Assembly: GCA_017539045.1 (NCBI GenBank)
Contig: JAFYHS010000012.1
Span: forward strand, 109,124 to 173,123
DNA: 64,000 nucleotides
Source of the DNA: Bacteroidales bacterium
GTDB lineage: Bacteria > Bacteroidota > Bacteroidia > Bacteroidales > F082
Reading direction: 5' to 3'
The position numbers and the translations under genes are program-made. Below are positions 26,893-37,669 of this stretch, piece by piece. Under the pieces are notes generated by a model. That model saw nothing but the letters and a program-made list of their open reading frames with translations, did not search any database and was not told the DNA's origin. Position 1 is the first letter of the stretch, and the number at the start of each line of letters is the position of its first letter.

Positions 26893-29103
26893 ATGGACAA
26901 AGTAACTATCATTGACTACGACCGGATCTACAAGAACTTCATCGACGAAAAGTACTTGCATGACGGTCACGACGAATACTACTACCGCAACCAACAGGTG
27001 AAGAAACCCGAAGGCGGCTGGCGTCACCTGCGTTCCGACGAAATCGAACGCCTGGTGAAGAACAGCAACTCCGCCACCAACTGGGACGACATCTGGGTCA
27101 CCGACGAGTTCGACACCAACATGGTGCGCAACAACCACTTCTTTGGCATGGTGCGCATCGGTCGCGTGACGCGTAATGTGCTTCAATACCACGACCTGCG
27201 CGTGCCCATCGGCATCACCGACAGTAGCATCATCTCTTGCGACATCGGCGACGATGTAGCCATCCATGATGTTCATTATATGGCCAACTACATCATCGGC
27301 GACCGCACCATCCTTTTCAACATCCAGGAGATCTCCACCACCGACCACTCCAAGTTCGGCAACGGCACCATTAAGGAAGGTGAACCGGAAAGCGTACGCG
27401 TGTGGCTCGAGGTGATGAATGAGATTGGGAGCCGCAAAATCATGCCTTTCGACGGCATGACCACCGCTGATGCCTATCTCTGGGCCAAATACACCGACGA
27501 CACCCAGCTGCAAGCAAGACTAAAAGAGATTACCCAGGCCAGCGTCGACTTCCACCGTGGCTACTACGGCACCGTGGGTGAGTCATGTGTCATCAAGAAC
27601 TGCTGGATCCTGAAGGATGCCAAGGTGGGACCGCACTGTTACATCAAAGGCGCAAGCAAGCTGAAGAATGTCACCATCAACTCGTCGGAAGAAGAGCCTT
27701 CACAGATCGGTGAGGGTGTCATCCTCGTCAATGGTATCACGGGCTACGGCTGCCGTATCTTCTATTCGGTGGTGGCCACTCGCTTTGTCCTCGGCGACAA
27801 CTGTAACCTGAAATATGGCGCCCGCCTGATTAACTCTGTGTTGGGCGACAACTCCACCATCTCTTGCTGCGAGGTGTTGAACAACCTTATCTTCCCTTCA
27901 CACGAACAACACCACAATAACTCCTTCCTCATCTCCGCCTGTGTGATGGGACAGAGCAACATGGCCGCTGGTGCCACCATCGGCTCCAACCACAACAGCC
28001 GCGCCACCGATGGCGAGATCGTCGCCTCTCGTGGTTTCTGGCCTGGCCTTTGCTCCAGCATCAAGCACTCGTCGAGGTTCGCTTCCTTTACCCTGTTGTC
28101 GAAGGCCGACTACCCCAATGAACTCAACATCATGTTGCCGTTCTGCCTTGTCAACAACAACACGGCAGCCAATGAGCTAGAAGTCATGCCCGCCTACTGG
28201 TGGATGTACAACATGTACGCCATCGCTCGCAACACCTCGAAGTACATGAGTCGTGACAAGCGCAAGCGTAAGATACAAAACATCGAGTTCGAGACCCTTG
28301 CCCCTGACACCGTGGAAGAAATCATCGAAGGTCGCAAACTACTCGAGGTATGGGTCGCTAAGGCTTATCTCCGCAAGAAAGGCGAAAACCCTGAAAAATA
28401 TGAGTATTATGACCTGCGTGAATGCGGTAAAAACCTGCTCGACAACGAAGCCACTACGGTGAACTCGCTGGAGGTCTTCGGCGAGCATATGGAGAAAGGC
28501 AAGCGTAAGGTGCGCATCCTCAAGCCTTTGGAGGCATATCATGCCTATGGCGATATGATCACCTATTATGCCGTCACCAATTTACTGCATTATCTTGAGG
28601 CCCATCCTGAAACGGACATGGAAGGCATCGTCAACCACATGAAAGGCAAACGTCTGCGCAAATGGATTAACCTTGGCGGTCAGACCATGCCTGAGGAAAA
28701 TGTCGATCAGCTGCGTGCCGACATCCGCGAGGGCAAGCTCAACAATTGGGACGAGATACATCGCCGTTATGATGCGTTATGGCAAGACTATCCAGCGGAG
28801 AAGATGCGTCACGCCTATTTTGCGCTGATGTTCCTCTACAAGGACGACGCCGACGTGCTCACCAAGGAGATGTGGCATGAGAACCTGGAAAAAGCCATCT
28901 GTATACAACACTTCATCTGTGATCAGGTGTACGAGAGCCGCAAGAAAGACTACGACAACGAGTTCCGCAACGCCACCTTCCGCAACGAAGCGGAGAAGAT
29001 TGCCGTCATCGGCAAAATCGATGAAGTCTCCTTCGTTAAGCAGATCCGCAAAGAGACGGAAGATTTCGTGGCCTTAATCCAAAAATACAAAACCACCCAC
29101 TAA
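26893..29103 (+). CDS. Conserved protein of unknown function with a left-handed beta-helix core (DUF4954-like)
   Basis: 736 aa. Hexapeptide-like repeats run through the centre ([35 protein letters not shown]...[30 protein letters not shown]). The N-terminus resembles Bacteroidales DUF4954 proteins as I recall them. Starts on the nucleotide after the rfbB stop. Confidence 0.55.
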   Translation: MDKVTIIDYDRIYKNFIDEKYLHDGHDEYYYRNQQVKKPEGGWRHLRSDEIERLVKNSNSATNWDDIWVTDEFDTNMVRNNHFFGMVRIGRVTRNVLQYHDLRVPIGITDSSIISCDIGDDVAIHDVHYMANYIIGDRTILFNIQEISTTDHSKFGNGTIKEGEPESVRVWLEVMNEIGSRKIMPFDGMTTADAYLWAKYTDDTQLQARLKEITQASVDFHRGYYGTVGESCVIKNCWILKDAKVGPHCYIKGASKLKNVTINSSEEEPSQIGEGVILVNGITGYGCRIFYSVVATRFVLGDNCNLKYGARLINSVLGDNSTISCCEVLNNLIFPSHEQHHNNSFLISACVMGQSNMAAGATIGSNHNSRATDGEIVASRGFWPGLCSSIKHSSRFASFTLLSKADYPNELNIMLPFCLVNNNTAANELEVMPAYWWMYNMYAIARNTSKYMSRDKRKRKIQNIEFETLAPDTVEEIIEGRKLLEVWVAKAYLRKKGENPEKYEYYDLRECGKNLLDNEATTVNSLEVFGEHMEKGKRKVRILKPLEAYHAYGDMITYYAVTNLLHYLEAHPETDMEGIVNHMKGKRLRKWINLGGQTMPEENVDQLRADIREGKLNNWDEIHRRYDALWQDYPAEKMRHAYFALMFLYKDDADVLTKEMWHENLEKAICIQHFICDQVYESRKKDYDNEFRNATFRNEAEKIAVIGKIDEVSFVKQIRKETEDFVALIQKYKTTH

Positions 29104-29138
29104 TTATCAATTGTCAATTATCAATTAAACTATACATT

Positions 29139-30898
<1,760 letters not shown>

Positions 30899-30933
30899 CT
30901 GAACAACTGATAACTGTCAACTGAACAACTGAA

Positions 30934-32223
30934 ATGAACATAGCTGTCGCAGGTACCGGCTACGTCGGCCTGAGCATCGCCACCCTGTTGGCCCAACACA
31001 ACCACGTCACCGCGGTGGATGTCATCCCCGAGAAGGTGGACTTGATCAACCATAAGAAGTCACCCATCCAGGACGAATATATCGAGAAATACTTGGCCGA
31101 GAAAGACTTGGACCTCACGGCCACCCTCGATGGTGCCGCAGCCTATCGCGACGCCGAGTTCGTCGTCATCGCCGCCCCCACCAACTACGACCCGCAGAAG
31201 AACTTCTTTGACACGAGCCACGTGGAAGAGGTCATCGACCTCGTCCTGAGCGTCAACCCTGATGCGGTGATGGTCATCAAGAGCACCATCCCTGTGGGTT
31301 ACACCCGTAGCCTCTACGTGAAGTATGCCGCCAAAGGCGTGAAGAAGTTCAACCTCTTGTTCTCGCCCGAGTTTCTGCGTGAGAGCAAGGCCTTGTATGA
31401 CAACCTCTATCCAAGTCGTATCATCGTGGGTTACCCCAAACCCATTCAGGGTTATGATGTGGAAAACGATGCCATCTGCAAAGTGGTCACTCAAGACTTG
31501 GAAGCCAAAGCACATCAGTTTGCTGATTTGCTGAAACAAGGTGCCATCAAGCAGGATGTGCCTACGCTCTTCATGGGCATGAAGGAGGCCGAGGCAGTGA
31601 AACTCTTCGCCAACACTTATCTGGCCCTGCGTGTGAGTTATTTCAATGAACTCGACACCTATGCCGAGGTGAAAGGCCTCGACCCGCAAGCTATCATCGA
31701 AGGCATCTGCCTCGACCCGCGCATCGGCACGCATTACAACAACCCATCGTTCGGTTATGGCGGTTACTGTCTGCCCAAGGACACCAAGCAGCTGTTGGCC
31801 AACTACGAGGACGTGCCGCAAAACATGATGAGTGCCATCGTGGAGAGCAACCGCACGCGCAAGGACTTCATCGCCGACCAGGTGCTGAAGAAAGCAGGCT
31901 ACTACGACCAAGGACAGTATAACGCTGCCCAGGAGAAACACTGCGTCATCGGCGTGTACCGCCTGACGATGAAGTCGAACAGCGACAACTTCCGTCAGAG
32001 CTCCATCCAAGGCGTGATGAAACGCATCAAAGCCAAAGGTGCGGTGGTCATCATCTACGAACCCACGCTGAAGGATGGCTCGACCTTCTTCGGCAGCCTG
32101 GTGGTCAACGACCTCGCCAAGTTCAAGGCTCAGAGCCAAGCCATTATCGCCAATCGTTATGATGCCTGCCTGGATGATGTAATCGATAAAGTTTATACAA
32201 GGGATATTTTTAAGAGGGACTAA
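30934..32223 (+). CDS. ugd: UDP-glucose 6-dehydrogenase
   Basis: [20 protein letters not shown]...FSPEFLRE...[10 protein letters not shown] (catalytic Cys); 429 aa. Confidence 0.9.
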   Translation: MNIAVAGTGYVGLSIATLLAQHNHVTAVDVIPEKVDLINHKKSPIQDEYIEKYLAEKDLDLTATLDGAAAYRDAEFVVIAAPTNYDPQKNFFDTSHVEEVIDLVLSVNPDAVMVIKSTIPVGYTRSLYVKYAAKGVKKFNLLFSPEFLRESKALYDNLYPSRIIVGYPKPIQGYDVENDAICKVVTQDLEAKAHQFADLLKQGAIKQDVPTLFMGMKEAEAVKLFANTYLALRVSYFNELDTYAEVKGLDPQAIIEGICLDPRIGTHYNNPSFGYGGYCLPKDTKQLLANYEDVPQNMMSAIVESNRTRKDFIADQVLKKAGYYDQGQYNAAQEKHCVIGVYRLTMKSNSDNFRQSSIQGVMKRIKAKGAVVIIYEPTLKDGSTFFGSLVVNDLAKFKAQSQAIIANRYDACLDDVIDKVYTRDIFKRD

Positions 32224-32240
32224 ATAAGATGTAAAAGTGA

Positions 32241-32291
32241 GCTTTCCATGTCATACCGACCGACGTAGGAGGGAGTGTATCTATGGAAAGC
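32241..32291 (+). repeat. Hairpin repeat family C, copy C-a
   Basis: gctttccatgtcataccga...gagtgtatctatggaaagc; outer stem gctttccat/atggaaagc. Confidence 0.75.
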
Positions 32292-32327
32292 GGCACAAAG
32301 AAACAAGGTTTAAAGGACGGTTTTAGC

Positions 32328-32370
32328 AAGCATAGATACACTCGCCTTTTGGGCTCGGTATGACATGCTT
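32328..32370 (-). repeat. Hairpin repeat family C, copy C-b (inverted relative to C-a)
   Basis: aagcatagatacactc...tcggtatgacatgctt. Its reverse complement shares catgtcataccga...gagtgtatctatg with C-a. Confidence 0.75.
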
Positions 32371-32393
32371 TCTAAAACCTGCAGAAAAACAAA

Positions 32394-33788
32394 ATGTTCA
32401 ACAAAACTGACCCATCCTACTTTGACGGTCCATGGACCTTCGAGAAGACCGAACACGCCGTGCTCGGCCTCTGCAAGATCATCGATCGTTATGCCCATAA
32501 GCTGACACTGGAAGACCTGCAGAACGACTCACGTTGCGCCCGCATTCCGGACCTCAGCCTCGATAGGGTGCAGGAGGTCATCGCCGCCGTGGAAGCCAAG
32601 CTCTGGCGTGGTGCTAAGTTCTTCGAGAACGAGGTGATCTATCACACTGGTCCGCATCACGACGACATCATGTTGGGTCTCATGCCCTTCATCAACAGGC
32701 AGTTGAGGACGCCTACCAATCAGGTGCATTTCGCCATCATGACCTCGGGTTATCACTCCGTCACCGATGAATTCCTTCAGAATGCCTTGGAAGACACCTT
32801 GGACTACCTGCATCAAGGCCGCATCCAGATGGTGCTTTACCCCGATTTCTTTGAGCGGGGCTACCGTTTCAAGCAGGAGAAGGACATCCACCATTACCTC
32901 GACAACGTAGCCCGCAAAAACCCCGATGAGATGCGTCGTGGCTTCTGCCATCGCATCCTTCGCGATGCCGTAGGGCTGTGGGGGCTGAAGAACGTCGCCG
33001 ATGTGGAAGCACGCTTCAGGATGGAGATCGAAAACCTCAAGGAGGGTAAGCCCAACAGCAGTGAGCTCCAGAAGCTCAAAGGCGAGATCCGTGAGTTTGA
33101 AGAGGAGCTCGTCTGGGCCTATGCCGGCACCGCCTTGGACCATATCCATCATCTGAGGTTAGGGTTGTATGAAAGTAAAAGCGAGGTGCCTGAGCCTGTC
33201 GAAGGCCCGACTAATAATGAACCGGCCCTTCGACAAGCTCAGGGACCTTGGTCTCCCAACCGTCAGCGTGACGTCGAGCCCATCCTCAATCAATTGCGTG
33301 CGCTGAAGCCCACCGTCATCACCGTAGCCATTGACTCGGAGGGTCAAGGACCCAACACGCACTACAAGGTCATGCAGAGCATCGCCGAGGCCGTCAGGCT
33401 GTGGGGCGAGGAGGCCGACCTCAGCCAGCTGAGGATCTTCGGCTACCGTAACGTGTGGTCGACCTTCCATCCTGCTGAGGCCAACGTATACGTGCCCGTG
33501 TCGCTCAACGCTTTTGCAGTGTTCGAGAAGGCCTTCAAAGACAGTTACCTGACGCAATATAAGGCAGAGTTTCCCAATCCCGACTTCGACGGACCTTTCA
33601 GCGAGCTGGCGGAGCAGATTTGGGTGAAGAACTATAAGGATATCCAGTTCATCCTCGGGAAGAACTTCTTCTACGAAAACGACCACCCGCTCATTCGCGC
33701 CACGCATGGACTGATTTTCTTGAAGGAAATGGACGCGAAGGACTTTGTGGGCTTGGCGGAGGAGATGAAACAAAAGATAAATGTGTAG
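32394..33788 (+). CDS. PIG-L/LmbE-like domain protein (related to the C-terminal half of long Bacteroidales NagB-type proteins), carrying an in-frame repeat insertion
   Basis: HTGPHHDDIMLG resembles the PIG-L HPDD motif, and DSEGQGPNTHYK resembles the second conserved block as I recall it. The segment VPEPVEGPTNNEPALRQAQGPW coincides with hairpin element B2. Confidence 0.45.
   Translation: MFNKTDPSYFDGPWTFEKTEHAVLGLCKIIDRYAHKLTLEDLQNDSRCARIPDLSLDRVQEVIAAVEAKLWRGAKFFENEVIYHTGPHHDDIMLGLMPFINRQLRTPTNQVHFAIMTSGYHSVTDEFLQNALEDTLDYLHQGRIQMVLYPDFFERGYRFKQEKDIHHYLDNVARKNPDEMRRGFCHRILRDAVGLWGLKNVADVEARFRMEIENLKEGKPNSSELQKLKGEIREFEEELVWAYAGTALDHIHHLRLGLYESKSEVPEPVEGPTNNEPALRQAQGPWSPNRQRDVEPILNQLRALKPTVITVAIDSEGQGPNTHYKVMQSIAEAVRLWGEEADLSQLRIFGYRNVWSTFHPAEANVYVPVSLNAFAVFEKAFKDSYLTQYKAEFPNPDFDGPFSELAEQIWVKNYKDIQFILGKNFFYENDHPLIRATHGLIFLKEMDAKDFVGLAEEMKQKINV
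33185..33247 (+). repeat. Palindromic repeat family B, copy B2 (inside the PIG-L-like gene)
   Basis: ggtgcctgagcctgtcgaaggcccgac-taataatgaa-ccggcccttcgacaagctcagggacc. The arms pair at 19 of 21 positions by my count. Confidence 0.85.
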
Positions 33789-33791
33789 TTT

Positions 33792-33850
33792 AAGCCGCCT
33801 ATGTCATTCCAAGCGGAGGATGTGCGACTGGAATCTATAGGCGGCGGCTT
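33792..33850 (+). repeat. Hairpin repeat family C, copy C-c
   Basis: aagccgcctatgtcattccaagcggaggatgtgcgactggaatctataggcggcggctt; outer stem gccgcctat/ataggcggc and inner stem attcca/tggaat. Confidence 0.8.
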
Positions 33851-33873
33851 ACAATACTAACAAACAATCTATT

Positions 33874-34155
33874 TTGAATCAGTATTGGGTATATATGATG
33901 CAGAGTGCTAATGGACGAGCACTATATACAGGAGTCACAAACGACCTAGTTCGTCGTGTTGGAGAGCATAAAGAGGGCAAAGGGTCCTTTTTTACTGCAA
34001 AGTATAAATGTCATAAATTGGTTTATTATGAAGATTTTGGTTTGATGGACCAAGCCATTCTTAGAGAGAAGGAAATAAAGAATATGACACGGGCAGATAA
34101 AGAAAAGCTTATTGATACTATCAATCCACAACGACTAGATCTATTAGAACAATAA
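33874..34155 (+). CDS. GIY-YIG nuclease family protein (small URI-domain protein, COG2827-like)
   Basis: YWVYMMQSANGRALYTGVTNDLVRRVGEH...KLVYYEDFGLMDQAILREKEIKNM; 93 aa. The TTG start from the track preserves the first beta-strand. Sits between family C hairpins. Confidence 0.8.
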   Translation: MNQYWVYMMQSANGRALYTGVTNDLVRRVGEHKEGKGSFFTAKYKCHKLVYYEDFGLMDQAILREKEIKNMTRADKEKLIDTINPQRLDLLEQ

Positions 34156-34160
34156 AGATA

Positions 34161-34211
34161 GCCTTCCATGTCATTCCAAGTGGAGGTTGTGTGACTGGAA
34201 TCTATGGAAGG
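34161..34211 (+). repeat. Hairpin repeat family C, copy C-d
   Basis: gccttccatgtcattccaagtggaggttgtgtgactggaatctatggaaggc. The core is nearly identical to C-c, and the outer stem differs but still pairs. Confidence 0.8.
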
Positions 34212-34251
34212 CGGCATGAAAGAAAAGACATTAAATATATGACGGTATTAT

Positions 34252-34300
34252 AAAGCATAGATTCCAAACGCACGTTCCCCTGCAAGGAATGACATGCTTT
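34252..34300 (-). repeat. Hairpin repeat family C, copy C-e (inverted relative to C-d)
   Basis: aaagcatagattccaaacgcacgttcccctgcaaggaatgacatgcttt. Its reverse complement shares catgtcattcc...tggaatctatg with C-d. Confidence 0.75.
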
Positions 34301-34323
34301 ATAATCCCTGCAAAAACAACTCT

Positions 34324-34911
34324 ATGGACTTCCTATCTCACCATTGGCTCGACATCACCACCACGGCCCTCGGCCTGGCCTACATCCTCCTGGAATACAA
34401 GGCCAGCGTCTGGATGTGGGTCGTCGGCTTCGTGATGCAGAGCCTCGGCATCGTCTTATACTACCAGAAAGGCCTCTACGCCGACTGCGGCATGGAGTTC
34501 TACTACCTCGCCATGACCGTCTACGGTTTCATCGCCTGGATGCGTCACAAGCAGAAGGTCGCTGACCTCCCCATCCGTCACATGCCCAAGAAGATGGCCT
34601 TTATCTGGCTGGGTGCCGGTTTGGCGATCTGGGCTCTCATCTATTTCGTCTTGAGCCGTTTCACCAACTCCAACGTCCCTGTGGCCGATGCCTTCACCAC
34701 CGCCTTGAGCATCGTGGGCATCTGGGCTTTGGCACGCAAGTACCTCGAGCAGTGGTTCGTGTGGATTGTGGTCGACATCGTTACCAGCGCATTGTATTTC
34801 TACAAGGACATCCCCTTCAAGGCCAGCCTTTATGCCTTGTATGTCGTCATCGCGGTGTTCGGCTACTTCAAGTGGAAGAAGATGATGCAGGAAAAGGCCC
34901 AAACGGCCTGA
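34324..34911 (+). CDS. pnuC: Nicotinamide riboside transporter PnuC family
   Basis: The pattern of transmembrane spans and LEYKASVWMWVVGFVMQSLGIVLYYQKGLYADCGMEFYYLAMTVYGFIAW match PnuC. I chose the ATG at 34324 because the track start at 34294 lies inside hairpin C-e. Confidence 0.8.
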   Translation: MDFLSHHWLDITTTALGLAYILLEYKASVWMWVVGFVMQSLGIVLYYQKGLYADCGMEFYYLAMTVYGFIAWMRHKQKVADLPIRHMPKKMAFIWLGAGLAIWALIYFVLSRFTNSNVPVADAFTTALSIVGIWALARKYLEQWFVWIVVDIVTSALYFYKDIPFKASLYALYVVIAVFGYFKWKKMMQEKAQTA

Positions 34912-34950
34912 TAGCATAACAAGAATAACAAATCATAAATACATATAGCC

Positions 34951-35259
34951 ATGGATAAAATTAAAGATCAAATCACGAACAACATTGAGCAGGCCAAGTC
35001 GTTGGGCGACAGATTCCCCGCGCCTGTCATCGACAGAAAAGACGTCCATATCGTTGAGACGAAACTGAGAGCCTGCGGCTTAACGCGTTACAAAAGAAGT
35101 TACAAGATCGATTTCGACAACGGCGGTTGGATCTTGGTGGAATACACCTCAAAGGCCCCGAGCCGTACGGCTGCCACCACTGCCAACCGCAGTGAGGTAA
35201 AAGTCACCAGCAGCGACCCCTCGCTCAACTTCTCGGACTCTTGGGATGAGAAGGCGTAA
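34951..35259 (+). CDS. Hypothetical small protein
   Basis: 102-aa ORF with codon usage like its neighbours. No recognisable motif. Confidence 0.4.
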   Translation: MDKIKDQITNNIEQAKSLGDRFPAPVIDRKDVHIVETKLRACGLTRYKRSYKIDFDNGGWILVEYTSKAPSRTAATTANRSEVKVTSSDPSLNFSDSWDEKA

Positions 35260-35298
35260 GAAGGCTTCAAAAAGCTCATAAATAATACTTTTTATTAT

Positions 35299-36270
35299 AT
35301 GTACTCGAATCTTCAATTTCCTAAAGATTCTCTTTTTCTCATCACAGGTGGCGCCGGTTTTATTGGCTCCAACCTCTGCGAGGCTATTCTTAAACTAGGC
35401 TACAAAGTACGTTGTCTCGATGATTTAAGTACAGGCAAGCAGTCTAACGTGGATCCGTTTTTGGGCCATCCGAACTATGAGTTCATCAAAGGCGATATCA
35501 AGGATCTTGACACATGCATGAAAGCCTGCAAAGGAGTTGATTATGTGCTTAACGAAGCTGCTTGGGGCAGTGTGCCACGAAGCATTGAAATGCCTTTGTT
35601 CTATAGCCTAAACAACATTCAAGGCACTTTGAATATGCTTGAAGCCGCACGACAAAACAAAGTAAAAGCCTTTGTTTATGCTTCGAGCTCTTCTGTTTAT
35701 GGCGACGAAGCCCTTCTTCCCAAGCAAGAAGGCGTGGAAGGCAATCTACTTAGTCCATACGCTGTCTGCAAACGTTGTGATGAGGAATGGGCCAAGCAAT
35801 ATGCTAAGCATTACGGCTTGAAGACAATAGGACTTCGTTATTTCAATGTTTTTGGTAGACGCCAAGACCCCAATGGCGCCTATGCTGCGGTTTTGCCGAA
35901 GTTCATCAAGATGTTATTGAACGATGAAAGGCCGACCATCAACGGTGATGGTAAGCAAAGTCGTGATTTTACCTATATCGAAAACGTAATAGAAGCCAAC
36001 TTGAAGGCCTGCATGGCTCCTGATGAGGCTAGCGGAGAGGTCTTCAATATAGCCTATGGTGGCAGGGAGTATCTCATCGACATCTATCATACCTTGACCA
36101 AGGCATTAGGAAAAGATATTGAGCCTATCTTTGGCCCCGAAAGGCCTGGCGACATCAAACATTCCAACGCCGATATTTCTAAAGCAAAGCGATTGTTGGG
36201 GTATGACCCAGAATATGACTTCGAAAGGGGTCTAAATGAGGCCATTGAATGGTACAAAAACAATCTGTAA
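35299..36270 (+). CDS. NAD-dependent nucleotide-sugar epimerase, SDR family (WbpP/TviC-like)
   Basis: LITGGAGFIGSNL...ASSSSVYG...SPYAVCKRCDE (YxxxK)...LRYFNVFGRRQDPNGAYAAVLPKF; paired with the downstream TviB/WbpO-like dehydrogenase. Confidence 0.85.
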   Translation: MYSNLQFPKDSLFLITGGAGFIGSNLCEAILKLGYKVRCLDDLSTGKQSNVDPFLGHPNYEFIKGDIKDLDTCMKACKGVDYVLNEAAWGSVPRSIEMPLFYSLNNIQGTLNMLEAARQNKVKAFVYASSSSVYGDEALLPKQEGVEGNLLSPYAVCKRCDEEWAKQYAKHYGLKTIGLRYFNVFGRRQDPNGAYAAVLPKFIKMLLNDERPTINGDGKQSRDFTYIENVIEANLKACMAPDEASGEVFNIAYGGREYLIDIYHTLTKALGKDIEPIFGPERPGDIKHSNADISKAKRLLGYDPEYDFERGLNEAIEWYKNNL

Positions 36271-36291
36271 ACAATTAACACACACAATACA

Positions 36292-37560
36292 ATGAAAGAA
36301 ACAAAAATCTGTGTAATCGGTCTCGGTTACGTCGGCTTGCCTTTGGCACGCCTTTTTTCCACCAAGTATCCCACTGTTGGTTTCGACATGAGTCAAGCTC
36401 GTGTTGATGCCTTGATGAGCGGTCACGATGCCACGCTTGAAGTGGCTGACGACCTGTTGCAGGATGCCATCAAAAACCATGGTTTCAAATGCACCTGCAA
36501 GCTCGAAGACATCAAGGACTGCAACTTCTATGTGGTTGCTGTTCCCACACCAGTCGACAATGATAACAATCCCGACTTGACCCCGCTTGTGGGTGCAAGC
36601 ACTACTGTTGGTAAGGTCATTAGCAAGGGCGATGTGGTGGTATATGAATCCACCGTCTATCCTGGTGTCACCGAAGACGAATGTATTCCTGTGGTGGAGA
36701 AGGTCTCGGGCTTGAAGATGAATGTCGACTTTTATGGCGGCTATTCTCCTGAGCGCATCAATCCGGGTGACAAGCTGCACACTGTGGAGCACATCAAAAA
36801 AGTGACGAGTGGCAGCACGCCTGAAATTGGTAAGTACATCAACGAGGTGTACAGCTCGGTGATTACTGCTGGCACGCATCTCGCTCCTACCATCAAGGTG
36901 GCTGAAGCTGCCAAGGTGATTGAGAACTCGCAGCGCGACATCAACATCGCTTTCGTGAACGAGCTGAGCAAGATCTTCAACAAGATGGGTATCGACACCT
37001 TGGATGTTTTGGAGGCTGCCGGCACCAAGTGGAATTTCCTGCCTTTCCGTCCGGGACTCGTGGGTGGCCACTGCATTGGCGTGGACCCCTATTATCTGGC
37101 CCAATGCGCCAAGCGTTACGGTTACAACCCTGAGATTATCCTCGCTGGCCGTAGGATGAACGATGGCATGGGCGAGTATGTTGCCACCGAGACCATCAAG
37201 CTGATGCTGAAGAAAGGCATCCAGGTCTTGAACAGCGACATCCTCATCCTTGGTTTCACTTTCAAGGAGAACTGCCCCGATGTGCGCAACACCAAGGTCA
37301 TCGACATCTATAAGGCCTTGAAGGAGTACAACCTCAACATCACGGTATATGATCCTTGGGCTAACCCTGCCATCGTAAAACACGAATACGGCATTGAGGT
37401 GGTAAACGAGCTGCCTAAACAGCAGTTCGATGCTTGCATCGCAGCCGTTGCCCACAAGAAATTCGAGGGTTTGGATGTCCTCGGCCTGTTGAAGGAGCAC
37501 CACGTAGTGTATGACGTGAAGTGCACGTTGAATAGGAAGATGGTGGATGGGAGGCTTTGA
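36292..37560 (+). CDS. UDP-N-acetyl-hexosamine 6-dehydrogenase-type nucleotide-sugar dehydrogenase (TviB/WbpO/Cap5O-like)
   Basis: KICVIGLGYVGLPLA...GYSPERINPGD...GLVGGHCIGVDPYYL (catalytic Cys); 422 aa. Confidence 0.85.
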   Translation: MKETKICVIGLGYVGLPLARLFSTKYPTVGFDMSQARVDALMSGHDATLEVADDLLQDAIKNHGFKCTCKLEDIKDCNFYVVAVPTPVDNDNNPDLTPLVGASTTVGKVISKGDVVVYESTVYPGVTEDECIPVVEKVSGLKMNVDFYGGYSPERINPGDKLHTVEHIKKVTSGSTPEIGKYINEVYSSVITAGTHLAPTIKVAEAAKVIENSQRDINIAFVNELSKIFNKMGIDTLDVLEAAGTKWNFLPFRPGLVGGHCIGVDPYYLAQCAKRYGYNPEIILAGRRMNDGMGEYVATETIKLMLKKGIQVLNSDILILGFTFKENCPDVRNTKVIDIYKALKEYNLNITVYDPWANPAIVKHEYGIEVVNELPKQQFDACIAAVAHKKFEGLDVLGLLKEHHVVYDVKCTLNRKMVDGRL

Positions 37561-37669
37561 TAGTTTTTAGATTCTAATTCTATTTCAAGATACTCGTAAA
37601 TCAAATCCGTACGATAATAATGTGTTTGTATCTTATCAAATACGAAAGGGTAATTAATGTAAACTATTG

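Noticed and set aside
32241-32370. Whether the inverted hairpin pairs (C-a/C-b and C-d/C-e) are invertible promoters (invertons), as in Bacteroides capsule loci.
   Set aside because: The segment between the inverted arms is only about 36-40 nt and contains no TAnnTTTG promoter in either orientation. No serine or tyrosine invertase gene is nearby. A structured repeat or MITE-like element explains the symmetry better.
33792-34211. Whether the small GIY-YIG gene flanked by imperfect palindromes is an integron gene cassette with attC sites.
   Set aside because: The hairpins lack the RYYYAAC/GTTRRRY R''/R' core sites. No intI or attI is present, and neighbouring genes are housekeeping genes with their own signals.
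34156-34323. A canonical riboswitch upstream of pnuC (TPP, NAD-I/nadA or NAD-II/pnuC motif).
   Set aside because: I could not find the conserved cores I recall, such as the TPP CUGAGA/ACCUGA elements. The interval is fully accounted for by the family C double hairpin, which also occurs upstream of an unrelated gene.
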